Below, piece after piece: positions 29,331 through 44,399 of a stretch of DNA of 64,000 nucleotides; positions within the stretch are counted from its first letter, which is position 1; the number at the start of each line of letters is the position of its first letter. Made by a program: the position numbers and the translations under genes. The notes below the pieces were generated by a model, which saw only the letters and a list, made by a program, of their open reading frames with translations, was not told the DNA's origin and ran no database searches. The stretch comes from Eledone cirrhosa (taxonomy: Eukaryota). The stretch lies in assembly GCA_964016885.1 (NCBI GenBank), contig OZ024759.1:29698001-29762000 (forward strand), written 5' to 3'.

Positions 29331-30568
29331 ATATGCTTCACTGAGATCTAATAAGGTGAAAAACATATTCATTGTTTTTCCCTACATGACATATAGATAA
29401 GGTTCACTCCTGCTACTCGTACATTGTCTAAAATTGTTGCAAAAGACTTGGACTAGCTCAGGCTGTAGGAATTCTCTCCCTTACTTACTTCTCATTTATA
29501 TGAACAGCCACACAAAGGGCAGAGTGACGAGAGCATCTCTCATGAGATTGCATTCACAATCAAACATGGAAATCGATTTTATTGGCCATCATCACCCTAT
29601 CCCACCTCTCCTCGCTTGCTACTCTTCTCCTCCGCTCTCTTCTCCACCATTCCATGATGTGTGGCTTTGTGCCAGTATCAAACATCAATATTATAGCTTG
29701 ATATATCATTAATTACCGTTATTCTAATTACGTTTTGGCTGCCCTCCAGAAATATCCAACATAATCTGTTTTGATTTACTTTCAAAACTTTTCTCAGTGT
29801 TTTCTCCAAATCTAAAACTGGTGATTTTGTGTTTTACTTAGATAATTCAATAAGTTATATAAGTTCTTTTGATAAGGAGCTGGAGAGAGATGGTAGGGGG
29901 CATGTATATATATATATATATATATAGAAAGGCTTCTACAGGACTAGAGCTGTTTCATTCGGGAGAAATCATTTTCTCCCGAATGAAACAGCTCTAGTCT
30001 TGTAGAAGCCATTTCTATATTAAATATTTATACTCTGCTTTGTATACCTTACTGCTTTGTATACCTCTGCTTTTGAATACCTTACTTACTGTGGTTACCC
30101 ACAATTGAACCTGGGATAAACTTATCTTATATATATATATGTGGACACCCTAGAAGAGGGAGACTGAGGTTGACATATGTTGATGCCCTAAGGACAGACA
30201 CTAGTCAGTCTCTTAGACGCAGGACATGGCAGCGATAATGAGGGACAGAGACTACTGGAGAGAACTTGTCCATGGATCTCGGGAATTTTACCCGCCCTAG
30301 ATATATATATACATTTGATTTGTTTTGCAAGATTTCTTATCTGAAAATGTGTGTTGAAACAGATATTGTTATACTTTGGTAGGGTCATGCTGCCAATAAA
30401 AACACATGCACCTGTTGGTTTTCACTTCAATTTATTATAAATTTCTGGTAGTTTGGCTGGTTCGATAACCGGAAGATTGTTTATATATTGTCAAAGCTCT
30501 TTTGTAACGCATTCTGTGACCTCCTCCAAGATAGAAAGAACAAAGAAGAGACACAAGATAAAAACCGA

Positions 30569-30611
30569 GTCACTGAGGAGGTCACAGAATGTGTGATGAA
30601 AGAGCTTTGAC
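30569..30611 (+). ncRNA. Type I hammerhead ribozyme motif (11644 family)
   Basis: GTCA-CTGAGGA-GGTCACAGAATGTGTGAT-GAAAGAGCTT-TGAC, within the inverted-repeat element ~30363-30737. Confidence 0.62.
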
Positions 30612-30730
30612 AATATATAAACAACCATCTGGTTATCGAACCAGCCAAACCACCAGAAATTTATAATAAATTGAAGTGAAAACAAACAGGTGCATGAGTT
30701 TTTATTGGCAGCATGACCCTCTCAAAGTAT

Positions 30731-30824
<94 letters not shown>

Positions 30825-30840
30825 ATATATATAAATATAA

Positions 30841-30896
<56 letters not shown>

Positions 30897-30914
30897 ATAT
30901 ATATATAAATATAA

Positions 30915-30952
<38 letters not shown>

Positions 30953-30968
30953 TAAAATAACAGATTAA

Positions 30969-31019
30969 AGTTTAAGCAAAGAATCGCTGCTTTCACCCTT
31001 AACGGGATCTTCTGAAACT
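30969..31019 (-). ncRNA. Hammerhead motif, CAGAAGA core variant
   Basis: AGTTT-CAGAAGA-T-CCC gttaa GGG-T-GAA-AGCA gcgattctt TGCT-T-AAACT; identical to 38356-38406. Confidence 0.6.
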
Positions 31020-31396
31020 AACAAAGTCAAACAGTGAACGCATATATATATGTGTGTATATAATATAATAAATAATAAAGAACGCCTATAGCATATGCAT
31101 ATTTTTACTTGCTAACATTGTTTCATCCGCACTATATTATCTGCTGGATAAGTGGAGTGTTATACACCCCTGATCCTCTCCCTAGTATACTATATATATG
31201 TGTGTGTATATATATAAATATATATGTATATATATGTATGTATGTATATATATATATGTATGTATATATATATATGTGTGTGTATATATATAAATATATA
31301 CGTATATATATGTATGTATGTATATATATATATGTATGTATATATATATATGTGTGTGTATATATATAAATATATATGTATATATATGTATGTATG

Positions 31397-31447
<51 letters not shown>

Positions 31448-31492
31448 ATATATATATAAATATATATGTATATATATGTATGCATGTATATA

Positions 31493-31562
<70 letters not shown>

Positions 31563-33470
31563 CATATATATATATGGTCATCTCTTTCCTCCAGCCTTAC
31601 GGCAACAGGCCACTATATATATGTATATGTAATATGATAACTCTAAGCTCTTGATTAATGGTGTCCAAAAAATTCAATACTTTTCACTGATAAATTACAA
31701 AAGATTCTAGTTTATTTTTCCTGTTCTTGTTGTTTGGTCTGAAATGGAATTCCTCTTTTGGCAATTGTCATCATTCTATTTATTAATACATCTTCACAAT
31801 TTATGAGACAGACCCCCACCACCCCCATCTTACCCCAGGGATTGGGTTAGGGTGGGATGGGTGTGGGGGAGAGATGTATCCAAATACAGGAAATGTCATT
31901 GGTGTGTAGTTGAGGGAAAACCCTATAAACCGAAACAAAGGATGATCTAGTCTAACATTTAATAACAACCCCTTGCATCATGCAATTACCATTGTTAAAC
32001 ATCATCATCATCATCGTCATCATCATCACTTTCATCACCACCACCACTACCCCTGCCACCACCACTGCCATCATCATTGTCATCATCATCACCATCGTCC
32101 CCCCCCCCCCCCCCCCAACACCATCATCACTTTCATCATCACCACCACTACCACCACCATCGTCATCATCATCATCATCATCTTCATCATCATCACTTTT
32201 ATCACCACCACTACGATCATGATCACAACCACCACCACTACCACAACCATCACCATCATTATCACCATCACATTTATCACCACAACAACCACCCCCTCAC
32301 CCTCATCACCACCACCACCATCATCATTCCAACAGACACCATTTCTGGTTCAAAGATGAAAAACTTTTAGTCTTAAAGAGTTCATTTTCAAATTTAAACT
32401 ATCCTTTAATTTATATAAGGGCGGTGGATTGACAGTATCGGTAGAGGGTCGGACGCCATGCTTTGCAGTCAAGTTTGAGTTCAAATCCCGCCGAGGTTAA
32501 CTTTGCCTTTCATCCTTACGGGGTCGACAAAATAAAAGTACCAGTAATGCACTGAGGTAATTGCTGGCCTTGTGCCAAAAGTAGAAACAATTATTTTATA
32601 TAAGAACTTCTTAAGTTATGTTCAAAACATCACCAGGTAAGTTACTACTAAATATAAGAACTCACTTCTCTCAAAGACACATAAGCATGTACAGCTTGTT
32701 CTACAGTTGGTACAATGGTTTGAACATGTAATGGTAGAAATCATCTTCTCCGATATGTCATTCGTGTCTTGGTCCCAGCTAACAGGAGAGGGAAAACATT
32801 ATACTGGAGGACGACGTGGGAGATATGATTATTTGTGTATTTTTATAATGATGAAAAGCTTTTTGTCTTTCAGAGTTCGTTTTTAAACAACCACCACTAC
32901 CACCATCACTAATTCAACAGAAACCATTTCTGGCTCAAAGTATTTCAGAGTTCATTTTTAAATTCAAACTATCCATTATTATTTTATATAAGAAACTTTT
33001 TCTAAATTTATCTTCTAAACATTACCAGGTAAGTTAGTTATATTTCTAAATTCCTCAAAATATTTCGTTATTCTTAAAATGATTTTAAAATCAAAGACAT
33101 TTCATTAGAAATCCAGTGGATTTTCCTTCTTTAGAAAGAACATCTTAATAAAAAGTGAAACTGGTAGATTTCCTTGAAGATGAAAACATTCCTCCCCCTT
33201 TTTTACAACAATATTTTTGATTGCAATTTAAAAAGAAATGTCTATCAGTTGACTCAAATTTTGAACATTCCTTCTTACACGTACAAGCATATATGTGTGT
33301 GTGTGTGTGTATATATATATACTGTACCGATTGTGTTGTTATTTCTGTTTACCTTTTACATACATATATATCATCATCATCATCATTTTACATCCCTTTT
33401 TCCCTGCTTGCAAAGAAGGAAAATTCAAAATTTGAGTTAACTAATGAAAATATTTTTTTTAAATTACAGT

Positions 33471-33549
<79 letters not shown>

Positions 33550-33637
33550 AAGGTATATATTGAGTTAGAAACTCAAAATAGTCTCTTACAATAATATCAA
33601 TTACATATATATATATTTACTGTATATATAAAAAAAA

Positions 33638-33683
<46 letters not shown>

Positions 33684-34981
33684 TTTTTTTACTGTATATA
33701 CACACACATATATATATATATATATGATGATATCTATATATGTAGTAGGAAATGAAGGAAATTCCTTGCTACTGTATGATATATTTGAAAAAATATTAAA
33801 GAACATAAACCACCAATAGTTCAAAGCTTTACAAGTCATTACTGATATTATATATATATATATATAATAACTAGAAATTGATTAACATATAAATAAACAT
33901 GAATAATCACAGGAGATAATTTTTACAAGTGTGTAAGCACACATAGCTAGGTAGGTAACTAAATAAAGTTAACCAGAACTTCAAAAATAGATACCTTATA
34001 TTATAAGGTATTTACTTTTGAAATTTTTGAAGTTCTGGTTAACTTTATTTAATTACCTACTTAGCTATGTGTGGTTACACACTTGTAAAAATAATCTCCT
34101 GTGATTATTCATGTTTATTTATGTTAATCAATTTCTAGTTATTATAAAATGCTCGGACCTATTCGTTAGAATCTTAGAGCTTATTTTGCGGGTGATATGG
34201 CGCATGTCTTTCTGGCATGACACCCATAATGTTGATTATCTTAATTTTGGATATATATATATATATATATACATCATCATCATTTTGCGTCCGCTTTTCC
34301 CTGCTTGCAAGGAAAATGTTCAACCCCGACAGCAGAGCTCAAGCCATTTCGACTACTATTTCTGGACTATTCAGGCCGATCAGCCACTGTATATTTTAGA
34401 AAATAGCATATATTTTCACTAGCTCTGACAGTTGGCAGGTAAACAGTGAGCTCTACTGATGAAGGGTGATACCCAGAGAATTGAGGCTTCTTTGCATAAT
34501 TGCAAACGAATCGAATGTTATTATCAATATTCGAAAAACATTTATTGTATTCAGTCATGTAGAGTGAAAATTTTATAATCATCAGTTAATGTCTATTTTT
34601 CCATGCTAGCATGGGTTAGATGGGTTGTCCCGATTGTGAGACAAGTCAGATGAGATGACCATATCTTGATAATACAGAACTATTTCTGGTATGGTATCTA
34701 TGGCTGGATGCCCTAAATAAAAGGCTGGATTTCAATATATTCCTTTAACATTTGGCAATTACAAAATGCATATTTCTATGGCTGGCTTACATCATCAGAC
34801 CATGACCCAAGACAATTGGCGACGTTATCAGATATAATGAATATTAATGATTTAAAAGATTTAGTTCAGTAATCCTTATTGGTTCCAGGAAAATATACAC
34901 AGAGGATTGATACGGAGGTGGCATGGCTAATGATGTGATTACAAAGATGGGTGGCAACCATATGCCTACACAGTTGACGAC

Positions 34982-35014
<33 letters not shown>

Positions 35015-35056
35015 TATGTGTCTACACATATATATACACATGTGTCTATACATATA

Positions 35057-35118
<62 letters not shown>

Positions 35119-35238
35119 TATATATATATATACACATATATATATATGTGTCTATATATATATATATATATATACACTCATATATATATATATATATATA
35201 CATATATATACATATATATATATATATACATATATATA

Positions 35239-35808
35239 TGGTGGCTGCCAACTCGTTTTCAAGTACGGCCACTACTTTATATCCATGTAGAAGAACCCCT
35301 ACTGATGCGCTGAACGAGTGTGACTTTTTAGTCCAGCCAGCGACTTGAAAACTCTGGTACAAACACTACACTTGTGACAATTACTGACACATAGTGCTGG
35401 GCCCATGGTACCATGTGGCAACAAGTGCAGAGATCTCCAGATATAAAGTAATGCCTGTGCCATGAAGCTTTTATAGTGAGCAAAGGCACTGCACAAAGCC
35501 AGTCCCACTCTCTGAACCAAGATGATATTTACCAAAAAGAAGAACAAGTCAACATCATTGGATACCATCAGGGTTGCAGGTGTTATATCAGAGTTTTCCT
35601 TCTCCTAGAATTCTGTTTTGACAAAGGCTAAGGGGTCATCTCTCCCGGTGATTTTGGATGGCCATTGACTCTTAAGAGCTCCTTTGCCCTTTGACAGGTT
35701 TTGTTTTTAGTCCTGCAGGATGTCCAAAGTCACCCTCCTTACCAAGAAACCTTGGTGGAGTTGCCAGTTTACTCGCCAACGACCCGACCATGAGACAGGT
35801 TGTGACCA
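35239..35808 (-). mobile_element. Non-autonomous RTE/BovB-like element, second copy
   Basis: Reverse complement of ~26675-27225; inserted in (AT)n. Confidence 0.6.
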
Positions 35809-35872
35809 TATATATATACATATATATATATATATACATATATATATACATATATATATATACATACATATA

Positions 35873-35938
<66 letters not shown>

Positions 35939-35970
35939 CATATATAGATATATATATATATATATGTATA

Positions 35971-36260
35971 TATCATCATCATCATCTTACGTCCGCTTTT
36001 CCCTGCTTACAAGGGTGGGACGGGAACTGATTCTGGCTTGATTTCTACAGCTGGATGCCCTTCCTAACACCAACCTCATTTACAGTGAGTGCTGGGTGCT
36101 TTTTTGCCGTGGCACCTCCATCTCATTTCTACAGCTGAGTAAACTGGAGCAATGTGAAATAAAGTGTCTTGCTCAAGGAGGCAACACATCACCCTGTCCG
36201 AGAATTGAACTCACAACCTTTCGATTCCAATGCTCTAACCACTAAGCCATGCGCCTTCAC
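35971..36260 (-). mobile_element. SINE family A copy (internal deletion)
   Basis: Same head and tail as the other family A copies. Confidence 0.8.
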
Positions 36261-36310
36261 ATATATATATATATACACATATAGATATAGATATATACAT
36301 ATATATATAC

Positions 36311-36371
<61 letters not shown>

Positions 36372-36376
36372 TATAC

Positions 36377-36527
<151 letters not shown>

Positions 36528-36562
36528 CATATATATACATATATATACATACATATATATAC

Positions 36563-36609
<47 letters not shown>

Positions 36610-37024
36610 TATACATATAAATATATATATACATATATATATACATATATATACATATAAATATATACATATATATATACATATATATACATATAAATAT
36701 ATATATACATATATATATATATATAAATATATATATATATAAATATATGGAAAGTTATATTTAAATTGTTGGGTTACAACTAGTAAATATTTATAACTGA
36801 TATAAAAGCACTCGACAAATATTTGGAGTATATTTACAATATTAAATAAATGGAAACTATATTTATAAAACCATATTTATTTCATTATATATATTTCAGG
36901 GATATCATATTAACAATATGCTATGCCTTCCTCAGACAAAATACAATATAAACAGTTTTATAGATAAATAGATTCGACATACCGTAACAACATCTACTTG
37001 CATTTGAGAAGGTTGATTTGGTAG

Positions 37025-37062
<38 letters not shown>

Positions 37063-37099
37063 TATATATTTATATATATATGTATATATATATATAAAT

Positions 37100-37146
<47 letters not shown>

Positions 37147-37243
37147 GGCTGGAGGAAGGATGCGAGGGGTATATACAGTGGAGTGAGCAGTGAAATTGTT
37201 TCAAATGATCACTTAACAACAACTACTTCATCATCATCATCAT

Positions 37244-37280
<37 letters not shown>

Positions 37281-37509
37281 TGTCCAACAGACAGTAAGCT
37301 ACACCACCTTATAGTAATGTAATTGGAAACATATTTCTCAATAGAAGAAAACAGTAGGGACAATGTGTGAATATATATATATGTATATATATATATATGT
37401 ATATATGTATATATATATATAAATATATGTATATATATATATATATAATGTATATAGATAGATAGATATATGTGTGTGTGGTGTTTTTGTGTATATATAT
37501 ATATATAAA

Positions 37510-37574
<65 letters not shown>

Positions 37575-37770
37575 TATATATATATAATATATATATATAT
37601 ATAATATATATATATATAATGTATATAGATAGATAGATATATATATAATGTATATAGATAGATAGATAATATATATATATATATAATATATATATATATA
37701 ATGTATATAGATAGATATATGTGTGTGTGGTGTTTTTGTGTATATATATATATATAAATATATGTATATA

Positions 37771-37840
<70 letters not shown>

Positions 37841-37946
37841 TATATACACACTCGAGGGTGGCCGACCGAGGTAGAAGCTGCTAAATAGTCGGTCGTCCTC
37901 TTGTCTCTGATTTTCAGCCCCATGGATTTTATCTGTTATATTTTGA

Positions 37947-38004
37947 ATACCTGATGATGTCACCGGATTCATACTGAACCCGGTCATTGAAATGATCATA
38001 GTAT
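37947..38004 (+). ncRNA. Type I hammerhead ribozyme (palindromic stem III)
   Basis: ATAC-CTGATGA-TG.ACCGG..CCGGT.CA..-GAA-ATGATCAT-A-GTAT; stem I ATAC/GTAT, AUA triplet. Confidence 0.75.
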
Positions 38005-38355
38005 AATAAACCTTTAAGGAATTACACCAGTCCAGCCTCCTATTATTTTATAATAATTAAATTTTATAATAATTAACTCCGTACTCGCACCACCAACAAC
38101 ACAAACGAAGATGGCGAGTTGCGTTATATCGAGTGCTCTCCCTAATATTACATTAAGGTTAACTATACGGAATGACCAGTTCTATCCAGTGATGAACCAA
38201 CAAACCTAAATAAATATATATATATATATGTATGTGTATATACATATAGATATTTATATATATGTATTTACACATATATGTATATGTATATATACATACA
38301 TACATATATATATTTTTTGAAATATCCACTTCTGCGTTTACAGATTGACTTTGTT

Positions 38356-38406
38356 AGTTTCAGAAGATCCCGTTAAGGGTGAAAGCAGCGATTCTTTGCT
38401 TAAACT
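38356..38406 (+). ncRNA. Hammerhead motif, CAGAAGA core variant
   Basis: AGTTT-CAGAAGA-TCCCGTTAAGGGT-GAAAGCA...TGCTT-AAACT; three intact stems, U4->A in the core. Confidence 0.6.
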
Positions 38407-38422
38407 TTAATTTGTTATTTTA

Positions 38423-38513
<91 letters not shown>

Positions 38514-39657
38514 TATATGTGTAAATATGTATATACATATACATATATGTGTAAATATGTATATATATATGTACATATTTATATATATACATATACGTGT
38601 AAATATGTATATGCCTCAAGTATATGTAAATATGTATATGCCTCAAGTGGGAAAACCCCCGTCCAAACCCATGCAAGCGTGGAACACGGACGCTAAACCT
38701 GATGATGATGATGATGATGATATATATACCCACATATAATTGTAAATATGTATATGCATATATGTACATATATATATGTGTGTGTGTGTATATACATATG
38801 TGTGTGTGTTTGTGTATATATATATATATGCATATATATATATAAATATATGTGTGTGTTTGTATATATATATATGCACATACGCATATATATACATATA
38901 TATATATATATCTACACACACAGATGTGTATATATTCTCTATATGTTACATATTCGACATATTTTATATATTCCATTAAGGAATCTAGCAATCTAGGAAA
39001 TGAATAGTTAGAAATTCAGAAATGAAACTGAACCCTTAATTTGATTAGATGATATGGAATAACTTCTGCAGGCCTAACTAATAGAATGGATATTTCTTAA
39101 TGTAACATTGGTGATGACATTTTTACATATTTTTGCCAATATACTTATCTCCAGGGCTTGATATTAGATATCATTCAACTATAATAATTGTTTCTACTTT
39201 AGGCACAAGGCCAGCAATTACCCAGTGCATTACTGGTACTTTATTTTATCGACCCCGTAAGGATGAAAGGCAAAGTCAACCTCGGCGGGATTTGAATTCA
39301 GATCGTAAAGGGACGTAACTATGCTGGAAAGCATGGCGTCCGACCCTCTACCGATACTGCCAATCCACCACCCTCATTCAACTATAATAATATTACCTAA
39401 ATATCTAACTGTCGTAACCGTAGTAACAAATAATATTTTGCATATCATATATTATTCCTGTCTTCATATCTTCGTATAATTGTAAGGTGTAGTGTGTAAA
39501 GGTGTACTGTGTGAAGGTGTAATGTGTAAGGTGTAATGTGTAAGGTGTGGGCTTGTAAAATTGTGGTGTTTATCGTACACCATGTGATGTGTCTGTGTGT
39601 GTGTATAAGTACACACACACATGCTTAGTATATATATTTATATATATATATAAATAA

Positions 39658-39781
<124 letters not shown>

Positions 39782-39925
39782 ATTAAAATACTGGAGCGTG
39801 TTGGAGTTAAACACCCTCTTCATATTATAGAAATGACAGTAAAAGGTATAGCTCAATGTAGTTAAACAGAGCCGAAGAATTATGTTTTCGGCTTGTATTG
39901 GCCGATAGTGCTTCTTGTGGTTTTG

Positions 39926-39970
39926 ATTGCCCTGATGAGTCCTTAATAGGACGAAACATTGTTGGCTAAT
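39926..39970 (+). ncRNA. Type I hammerhead ribozyme
   Basis: ATTGCC-CTGATGA-GTCC ttaata GGAC-GAA-AC att GT-T-GGCTAAT; textbook core and stem II, stem I GCC/GGC, GUU triplet. Confidence 0.82.
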
Positions 39971-40051
39971 AAAGACTTTTGATGTATTGAAGGCTTCTTT
40001 GTTTTATTTTCATAATATATATATATAAATATATATATATATAAAATATAT

Positions 40052-40227
<176 letters not shown>

Positions 40228-40243
40228 GATGATGATGATGATG

Positions 40244-40319
<76 letters not shown>

Positions 40320-40611
40320 CAGGGGCGAAGGGTCCGTGCATGCAACGCATGCAGTGCATGCGTTATAAAATCTTGAGTTGATCAATTGCGTCGGTTGAAG
40401 CAAGCAGAATTTTGGCTGCTTACTAAATCGTAGACACATAAAGATAACACACACTCACACACACACACACACTAGATAATACTACATGCGGCTTTGATCG
40501 AAAGGGTCATTTAGAGGGAATTGGGGGGGGGGGGTCGAGGCTGCACAGCCCTACTTTCTGCCATGGCGATTGGACTGCATGCCCTGTTTTCCTGGTTACC
40601 CTTTGCCACTG
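40320..40611. mobile_element. MITE with hAT-like TIRs in (AT)n
   Basis: Left end CAGGGGCGAAGGGT; right end reverse complement CAGTGGCAAAGGGT (12/14 identical). Confidence 0.55.
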
Positions 40612-40618
40612 ATATATA

Positions 40619-40656
<38 letters not shown>

Positions 40657-40777
40657 TGTATATGTACTTGTATATACACACATACACATCTATATACACA
40701 CATATATATATACACATATGTATATATGTATGCATGTATATACTTATATATATACATATATACATATATATATGTAC

Positions 40778-40826
<49 letters not shown>

Positions 40827-40852
40827 TATATATAGATAGATATGCAGATATG

Positions 40853-40902
<50 letters not shown>

Positions 40903-41389
40903 TATACATATATATATATGACACACACACACATACATATATAGAGATAGACACACATACACATATATATGTATCTAAGTGAGTATTTATTCCAGATTCC
41001 ACGAAATAGTTTATTTTTTCTTTTCACATATCAAACTGCAACGTTTGTAAATAAACAAGGGAATATCTAAACAACTATTTAGATAAAATACATTCCATTG
41101 TTTTCATTATTTTCTCAATAAAACCTTATAAAAACCTATCTTCTTAATAGCATTTAGCTAATTCCATTCATTTGAATGGTTTGCACAGATAACAAGTTAT
41201 CAGACAATGCCGTATCGACTGCCATAGTAAAATGTCGACCGATAATTCAATAGGTTAAAATGCGATTTCTTTAAAATAATCACATATCTTGCATGTTTTG
41301 TTTAACATCAATTTTACAGAACTTTTATGCTTCATGACGCTGATGCCACTTTAAGTACAGAACATACATACATACATACATACATGTAT

Positions 41390-41690
41390 GTATGTATTTC
41401 TGTCTCTCTTTCTCTTAATTTCGAGTACATTTTTGACCGGCCAACTTCCTGGTGGCAAGGTTGTAAATGAAAAGAAATTGTCATCCTTGAATTGGAAGAA
41501 TGTTTTGCAAATTTTGAAGGTGCCAGCTATCACAGCCATTTGTAGTCTATGAATTAGGGAGCTGCGTTTTTTTTTCCACCAATCCAAGTTCAGTTATACT
41601 TTGGTCCAAGCAGGTTGGTATATAACCTGTAGTGCCAATAATGATGGGTATGAAGCTGAAGGTGTATCTTTGATAGTGGATCTGCAGTAT
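41390..41690 (-). mobile_element. 3' end of an R4/Dong-like (restriction-endonuclease) non-LTR element
   Basis: LIHRLQMAVIAGTFKICKTF resembles the C-terminal 'LQKAVLLGT..I' motif; flanked by (TATG)n. Confidence 0.45.
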
Positions 41691-42016
41691 CATACATACA
41701 TACATCTGCAGATACATACATATATATCGACAGTCGTCTAACTTTCATTAAATTGGACCGAGGAAACAATGTTTCCGTTGCTCTTTCCAATTGCTAATAC
41801 TATCTGTCGGTCACAAATCCAGGCAGAATGCAAGCTTGGAAAAATGGACATAAAAACTCTAATGATGATATATATATGTATATATACATATTTATATATA
41901 TATATCATCATTGTCATTTAACGTCCATTTTCCTCGCTAGCATGTATAGGCAAAGTTAACTTTGGCAGGATTTGAACTCAGAACGTAAAGGTCCATAACT
42001 GACAATAATAATAATG

Positions 42017-42048
<32 letters not shown>

Positions 42049-42263
42049 TTGAAATATAGACACAAGGCCAGTGATTTGGGTGGGGAGGGGAAAGTCGATT
42101 AAATCGACTCCAGTGCATGACTGGTACTTTATTTTATCGACCCCATAAGGATGAAAGGCAAAGTTAACCTCGGCGGGATTTGAACTCAGATCATAAAGGG
42201 CCGTAACTCTATGCTGCAAAGCATGGCATCCGACTTTCTACCGATACTGCCAATACTACTACT

Positions 42264-42301
<38 letters not shown>

Positions 42302-42914
42302 TACTACTGCTACTATTACTACTACTACTACTACTAATAATAATAATTGTTTCTACTTTTGGCACAAGGCTAGCAAATACCCAGTACATTACTGGTACTT
42401 TATTTTATCGACCCTGTAAGGATGAAAGGTAAAGTTAACCTCGGCGGGATTTGAACTCAGATTGTAAAGGGACGTAACTATGCTAGAAAGCATGGCGTCC
42501 GACCCTCTACCGATACTGCCAATAATATTTAAATGGCTAACAATGGGAACATCAAAATCATATATTTTGGGGAGGGGGAAACAATTGGGAGTGACAAGGC
42601 AACTCCTGACTGGAATGAAAGATTTCCATGTAGGCTGTCTTTCTGTCAAGAGGTGTAGAGTAGGTGCCAAATTCTTCCATACCAAATTAGCTACTGACTT
42701 TGAAATAAGTTAGTAACATAAATATTTGAGATAGGTCAGGAATATATTGATACTTGAATAAAACCTTATTATAGATGCTGTGAAATTAGTCAGTTTTGTG
42801 CAATTAGTAATCATGACAAATATAAACCTATATCCATCTTCTCACAACATATTCAATATATTTCATATTCAAAATAGGATAAACACCTTCTCAATATCTC
42901 AATATATACTCTAG

Positions 42915-43465
42915 CAGATACATACACAGATACATACACAGATACATACACAGATACATACACAGATATATACACAGATACATATATACACAGATACATA
43001 CACAGATACATACACAGATACATACACAGATATATACAGATACATACACAGATACATACACAGATACATACACAAATACATACACAGATATATACACAGA
43101 TACATATATACACAGATACATACACAGATACATACACAGATACATACACAGATATATACACAGATACATACACAGATACATACACAGATCCATACACAGA
43201 TCCATACACAGATCCATACACAGATACATACACAGATACATACACAGATACATACACAAATACATACACAGATACATACACATATATATACATACACAAA
43301 TACATACACAGATACATACACAAATACATACACAAATACATACACAGATACATACACAGATCCATACACAGATACATACACAGATACATACACAGATCCA
43401 TACACAGATCCATACACAGATACATACACAGATCCATACACAGATACATACACAGATACATACAC
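42915..43465. repeat. 12-bp minisatellite (CAGATACATACA)n
   Basis: Direct reading. Confidence 0.9.
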
Positions 43466-44399
43466 AATCATATACTACTCACAATCACATACACCCTATA
43501 TGTAATCACACTCTACATACGCAAATATACACGCAATCACATATACAAACACACACAAACACACACATACATACACAATCACACAACATACATATACAAC
43601 ACATACACGTATATACAAACACAGTCACATACACATATATACACACAACACATACAACACATACACATATACACACAACACATACACACATATATACACA
43701 TATATACACATACACATATATACACACAACACACACATATATACATATATACACATACACATATATACACACAACACATACAACACATACACATATATAC
43801 ACACAACATATACACATATATACACTTATATACACACAACACATACACATATATACACACAACACATACACATATATACACACAACACACACATATATAC
43901 ACACAACACATACACATATATACACACAACACATACACATATACACACACAACACATATACATATATACACACAACACATATATACATACACATATATAC
44001 ACATACACATATATACACACAACACACACAACACATATACACACACAACACATACATACACATACACATATACACACAACACATACAACACATACACATA
44101 TACGCACTCAACACATACACATATATACACACATTCACACACACATATACAAACACAGTCACACACACACACATCTACCTGTATTTAGTGACGAGATTTG
44201 ATTCCTTTTGATTCAATTCTGAGAGAGTCTCGTGACAATTAGTTAGAATACAATCGTTTCTGATTTAAGCAGAAGGCCAACAATTTTAGGGCAGCGAATG
44301 TCAATTATATCAACCCCAGTGCATCACTGGTACTTTATTTTATCGACCCTGTAAGGATGGAAGGCCAAGCTAACCTCGGCAGGATTTGAACTCAGGTGT

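Noticed and set aside
34450-34490. CTGATGA-A-GGGT gat ACCC-A hammerhead start
   Set aside because: The GAAA box is degenerate (GAGAA) and there is no stem III or I partner; not called as a ribozyme.
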